Shown one piece after another: positions 63,101-64,000 of a stretch of DNA of 64,000 bases. The DNA comes from Antedon mediterranea (lineage: Eukaryota; Animalia; Echinodermata). A model generated the notes under the pieces. It saw only the letters and a program-made list of their open reading frames with translations. It searched no databases and was not told the DNA's origin. Location of the stretch: assembly GCF_964355755.1 (NCBI RefSeq), contig NC_092676.1, positions 12,030,671 through 12,094,670 of the forward strand, written 5' to 3'. A program made the translations under genes and the position numbers. Every line of letters begins with the position of its first letter. The first letter of the stretch is position 1.

Positions 63101-63429
63101 CAATTTCAGTTTCCGTGTCAGTAATTTATCGACCCCCAAGCTATGATATTAATCAATTCTGTCAAAATTTGAGAAAATATTTGGAAGAGTTACAAAAAGT
63201 GAGTACAAAATGTATTGTAATGGGTGATTTTAATGAAAATCTTTTCAAACAATCTTCCAGAGTGAATAATTTAATGTCAGAGAATGAGTACCGACAACAT
63301 GTTACATGTTCCACCACTGAAAACAATACATTGATTGATCATGTTTATAGCAAAGGTCTTGATTCAGTACAGGCTGAAGTAATTCCAATTTATTATAGCT
63401 ATCATGAAGCCATTCAAATTAAATTTTAA
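54151..63429 (+). CDS. Helentron RepHel-endonuclease transposase with PHD and two deubiquitinase-like protease domains (3092 aa)
   Basis: Uninterrupted ORF. Rep motifs IRGTPPYW, PTFFLSFS, EFQMRGSPHVHML, YVIGYMSK. PIF1 motifs GGAGTGKS, IIDEISMV, GDFYQLPPV, QIMRQ, TVHKVQGLT, GQAYVALSR. C-terminal APE motifs. Confidence 0.96.
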   Translation: MNMEFITLVGIFLLIIFTMIIYLCKNVNKEVTSKKQIFVNTTGNVNNGVMDKTAEFKIVVNDILDLLDECCSTENVKDERNDDTGNVNCEFMKDTTEFKGIIDDIINILSYRTEVNSEFDDTCIFCNIEVKVDDNCITCDCCSQNFHVKCVRDVFEDKLCNSRVIWICSMCGNRNFVDNMLGEIGIPCHFNRYTILEPDESVTADFPELTKNKEKRCNNAKLKCQQTGSEDLLGNDWIRVRSKKRTDNRKKRCKNRGNKKRGKRVINGIIIEPGVKYIGKGVKDFYERRNNNKMEWNMNTSTYREYKENDETNGKPMCDVLKNTKVTNGIQQQSGGGSKRNSKGRFVKSKKIDNKESQDNMNLNLKHHKNDCDTMERIGEDIILKKGKNDNSEMKTDDDFKMKCRPTEENDNTATDDVKSQNSSKMNDRTNRFDSNVTDHKNQTCASCEFDENEVSIIDDGSKKAVTEKIRSHTKPKCDQHAIDVDIEVLTKNNFSEELIIDERSKQKNAPIRQNTQSINELQLYNSNDNNITVAQGSFNQGNYRFGFAGGKQCVANSLVAILYSTKMNGNEFYTKDLDTILTLGNELYRYIQKDSTMHEDLLMISELPKELDILDNTFVISPKESVFGIIDGNLEFMAEYGALSLNQALEQELHQHDAFFMNFNRSTFSIIKRVNGFLIFDPHARDRFGCVSEHGKSILLYSPSWQGVYDYCIRLARSMNCNLHDTEFELTGVNIENKSMILCSASVLDDNCEQSNLGNVDVDEPSTSYQYKCSTRLPEKNIDYKVKGKTHNKEGHVSSSNEWQSDSDIEIVNVQYGERPDKNFKFIPISEVQKKNMCKEVGIHCEHTDMNCGINRTSQIGHPLQITNITGDGNCFYRAISYIISGTEDNHLLLRRAITNHLLETDDLFINTFSHEYRSVKEYVFKKRVMDNGTWASNTEISAMANLLNTDIYSFNDQLLTWQLFSAKKPGGIDDVTTDNGIYILYTMNVHFNVVESVNVSQNNVQETTGKVDMNVTTKKRKKTGEETCDTFEDIEPKHKKSKIVERPCSESRVKILRGKRKQSYRIRKETEKNRQRIKREREEKNYSEETNEIRNKYQSDFLYREEKKRKVKEAQQLKYGDGDYKFQKRKENRERQHKMYRCDPKYNVKVRNKARHNYNINLDYRTTKKETMKNRYNNDTMFRHKTLQNNKQRKKERYHNDPTFQQNLKQKLAEKYFNNLQFRENLTQKLAEKYRNNLKFRQNLKQKLAEKYRNNLKFRQNCKQKLAEKYRNNLKFRQNCKDKFAEKYRGNLKFRQKCKDKLAEKYRSNLKFRQKCKDKLAEKYRSNLKFRQNCKQKLAEKYRGNSKFRQRCKQKCKQRFTEKYHGDEGFRNKIMKKNMTNREKMKSENTNFEIVLENFRKTVSRGPEYVCCVCFKLLFKDQVMKCVKAKYKNKACINEKYLHFCNNECNKPCQFVESPRCRLWICFTCHRKMLNGKVPAEANSNNLQLHDIPPELRCLNNLEQHLIGLNIPFMKLMNLPKGGQHGIHGPVVCVPSNTIETVKMLPRPEVDDQLISVKLKRKLSYKGYYKYKFVNTANVIEALRYLQDHNKCYFDIAINEEWHNYLSEENIENANTKVDENQTCIVNNEEEEEELEDRLCGAIFDTSLQPVDRRQNLVDEYFNDIICCAPCENNSPIALLSNKSNEAKSFPVLFPTGQPTFHDTRDVKITLGRYFHNRLMHIDNRFAQNTEFIFYAQSLYELQQILSSISIALRKGSSKKDDFSKVTVSDLKNVTKIQEILKSDRGYKFLKQIRGTPPYWQATQKDIIAMVRQIGKPTFFLSFSSADFRWKEIMTTLLSQSGDQRNIEELEWADKCNLLKSNPVTVARMFDKRFHTFLKNVILSEAQPIGKVVDYFYRIEFQMRGSPHVHMLVWVENAPIFGTDKDNEVINFVDKYISCAVPCETVDPELNEIVKSVQIHSKRHSKSCKKKGTNCRFNFPRQPSGNTFVMRPTIVDKDNDDNDDNKQAMELLTSVKDAVTNEETYKNAIELFQSLGITQNAFEKANNCVATEEKIVIKRNPQDVWVNQYNPSLLRAWNANMDIQYITNVYACIIYVIGYMSKSEREMGLLLNHAASEVKEGNEDARQSLRKLGNVYMNNREVSAQESIYRVCSLRLKECSRKVEFIPVGPNPVRMSLPLSVIKNKEDDDVSAWLPNKIDKYKARPNSSEFNKMCLAKFCSEYRILSSSEMKGNKQKKNVFQLKKQLGFIQKRTRTSNAIVRYPRFPMDTAPEKYFLSILQLFLPFRKDEQLKPPNFETYEQFHEKGCVKLCGCQLQTVKSIVHGNMEQYEKSADDVEEAQECLSKFGPQEDAWSLLCPESEKERLDNPKPNVEVDDEEDEFFIPDFGIQKNHTSKVESNSSNIPRPELNKMIRSLNEKQQHIFYKTRQWCLDKANGKKPEAFYTFITGGAGTGKSHLVNCIYNEATRILGKIMENPDDLSILKLAPTGIAAYNIKGQTIHSALSIPINISLPYQPLGEEKISALRNQLCQLQIVIIDEISMVNQRLLWYIHGRLRQIKQVRNDSPFGNISVIAVGDFYQLPPVMGSSLYKDTLESSLWLDNFKQVQLDQIMRQKEDKEFALLLNKLRTKEKHDCLSDNDLFVLKSRETGEECEDAVHIYPRNKQVDEWNKKMLHKTCTDIVCIEAEDSVVNAKKQTKICEKPRNSRQTSLLNYFWIALNARVMLIKNVDVKKGLTNGCMGHVHEIVKPNRNAKPVSIKVKFDNNEIGVQAIEMFKESMGNKYSRKQFPLKLAYACTVHKVQGLTMNEAVVCLKNTFAPGQAYVALSRVTSVSGLTIEHLNHNLIYCDPNIKKCLNNMESYVQFKKQGHDSDSKFSIMLHNIQGLKQHFADLQCNDLFMNSSIICLTETWLNKDDDVFDVSIEPYKLYHQARYDSYSNTNDLSSKIKNQAHGGVAVYTKNTFTSRLNIRNNDIEAVSFLITSPISVSVSVIYRPPSYDINQFCQNLRKYLEELQKVSTKCIVMGDFNENLFKQSSRVNNLMSENEYRQHVTCSTTENNTLIDHVYSKGLDSVQAEVIPIYYSYHEAIQIKF
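54517..54663 (+). other. PHD finger (C4HC3) domain
   Basis: CIFC-x12-CDCC...FHVKC...WICSMC, including the characteristic Trp before the last Cys pair. Confidence 0.85.
55750..56360 (+). other. Herpesvirus-tegument-like deubiquitinase domain (VTD / peptidase C76-like)
   Basis: QGSFNQG...GKQCVANSL (catalytic Cys codon 55810), LDTILTLG, and IFDPH (Asp-Pro-His, 56194-56202). Confidence 0.8.
56745..57141 (+). other. OTU-family cysteine protease domain
   Basis: GDGNCFYRAIS, LRR, GTWASNTEI and HFN motifs; catalytic Cys and His are present. Confidence 0.88.
57751..58260 (+). repeat. In-frame 60 bp (20 aa) basic helical repeat, about 8 copies
   Basis: KLAEKYRNNLKFRQN(L/C)KQ repeats; ttggcagagaagtatcgg recurs every 60 bp. 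Confidence 0.92.
59200..60660 (+). other. HUH/Y2 rolling-circle Rep domain
   Basis: HVH at 59878-59886 and YxxxY at 60439-60453; preceded by a Cys-rich Zn finger (58387-58566). Confidence 0.9.
61390..62730 (+). other. PIF1-like SF1B helicase domain
   Basis: Walker A at 61498-61521, Walker B DE at 61765-61770, and the downstream helicase motifs are intact. Confidence 0.93.
62775..63426 (+). other. Apurinic/apyrimidinic-type (EEP) endonuclease domain
   Basis: HNIQGL, CLTETWL, GGVAVY, IYRPP, GDFN, TLIDHVY and SYH motifs. Confidence 0.9.
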
Positions 63430-63960
63430 TTGCAGCATGCAATGGTTTTTAAGTATTTAAACTCAAAAACCAAAATGATATATTATACGGCCTATCACTA
63501 TATGTGCAAGCGTGGTCAAGAACGTCAAAAATATATTAATATATAATATACTGGAAAATCACCCAGCAGAATACTATAAAAACTTTTTAAGAATTGAAAA
63601 CAAAACTGGATAAAAATCAAGAAAAAAAACCAATTTGATTAAAACAAGATGAAAATCATTTGACTCTCTATGCACGAGGGGCAGCGAATAATCTGTAACT
63701 TCAACCCATGTCATTCTCCTGTATAGGAGAAATCTTAATCTTAATTTTGTTTTTATGTGAGTTATATTATTATAAATATTGTTCAGAATTTGAATATGCA
63801 ATGTTGTAATCTGTGCACATAATACTCTTTCAATATTTACCGGTATTCAAGTAATGTTAAAAATGAAAGTTACATTTTACAGAAGAAGAAAATTGATACG
63901 TTCTGTTTTAGACGATTACCAATACTTCATTAGGTCTATACATAATTTCAGTTGTATAAT

Positions 63961-63994
63961 TGTTTTTTATTTTCTTTTTTTTTTATCTATCCAG
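63961..63994 (+). promoter_or_regulatory. Candidate 3' splice acceptor downstream of the ORF
   Basis: Long T-rich tract followed by ccAG|G; a possible donor GTGAGT lies at 63757-63762. Confidence 0.45.
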
Positions 63995-64000
63995 GTCTAC

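Larger units (their letters stand above)
46435..64000 (+). mobile_element. Putative autonomous Helentron (endonuclease-encoding Helitron); left boundary tentative, right end not identified in the window
   Basis: Contains a Rep-PIF1-APE ORF. The sequence changes abruptly where HINE-A copy 19 breaks off (46435). The boundaries are inferred. Confidence 0.6.

Noticed and set aside
52449-63801. Antisense and alternate-frame ORFs around and within the transposase
   Set aside because: Short shadow ORFs arising from codon bias and repeats, with no motifs.
63860-63880. TGAAAGT as the 3' subTIR matching the hairpin at 46435
   Set aside because: Only 7 bp in AT-rich DNA, not followed by a hairpin plus CTAGT/CTTGT, and HINE-A sequence does not resume.

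Overview
AT-rich animal (probably marine invertebrate) genomic DNA made almost entirely of rolling-circle transposon material and tandem repeats; no host gene is recognisable. (1) 1-24.3 kb: a macro-repeat in which a ~2.4 kb spacer, carrying a tRNA-headed SINE-like unit, alternates with arrays of a ~247/260 bp tRNA-derived satellite. Its long monomers keep Pol III A-box, B-box and oligo-T terminator motifs on the minus strand. One array is interrupted by a 0.7 kb non-autonomous Helentron (HINE-B) carrying two tRNA-Val(AAC) pseudogenes. (2) 22.6-46.4 kb: one solo plus-strand copy of a 1.2 kb HINE (HINE-A), then 18 near-complete copies plus one fragment on the minus strand. They are joined by exact TT head-to-tail junctions or nested into each other's poly-T tract, leaving stacked orphan 5' ends. 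(3) 46.4-64 kb: a putative autonomous Helentron with an uninterrupted 3092-aa ORF (TM, PHD, herpes-tegument-like DUB, OTU DUB, 20-aa repeats, Zn finger, HUH Rep, PIF1 helicase, AP endonuclease). Upstream are a 344 bp tandem repeat whose units each hold a putative 25-nt non-coding micro-exon, and an ATG-depleted leader that opens with three abutting hairpins. All calls are by eye; no database searches or folding programs were run.
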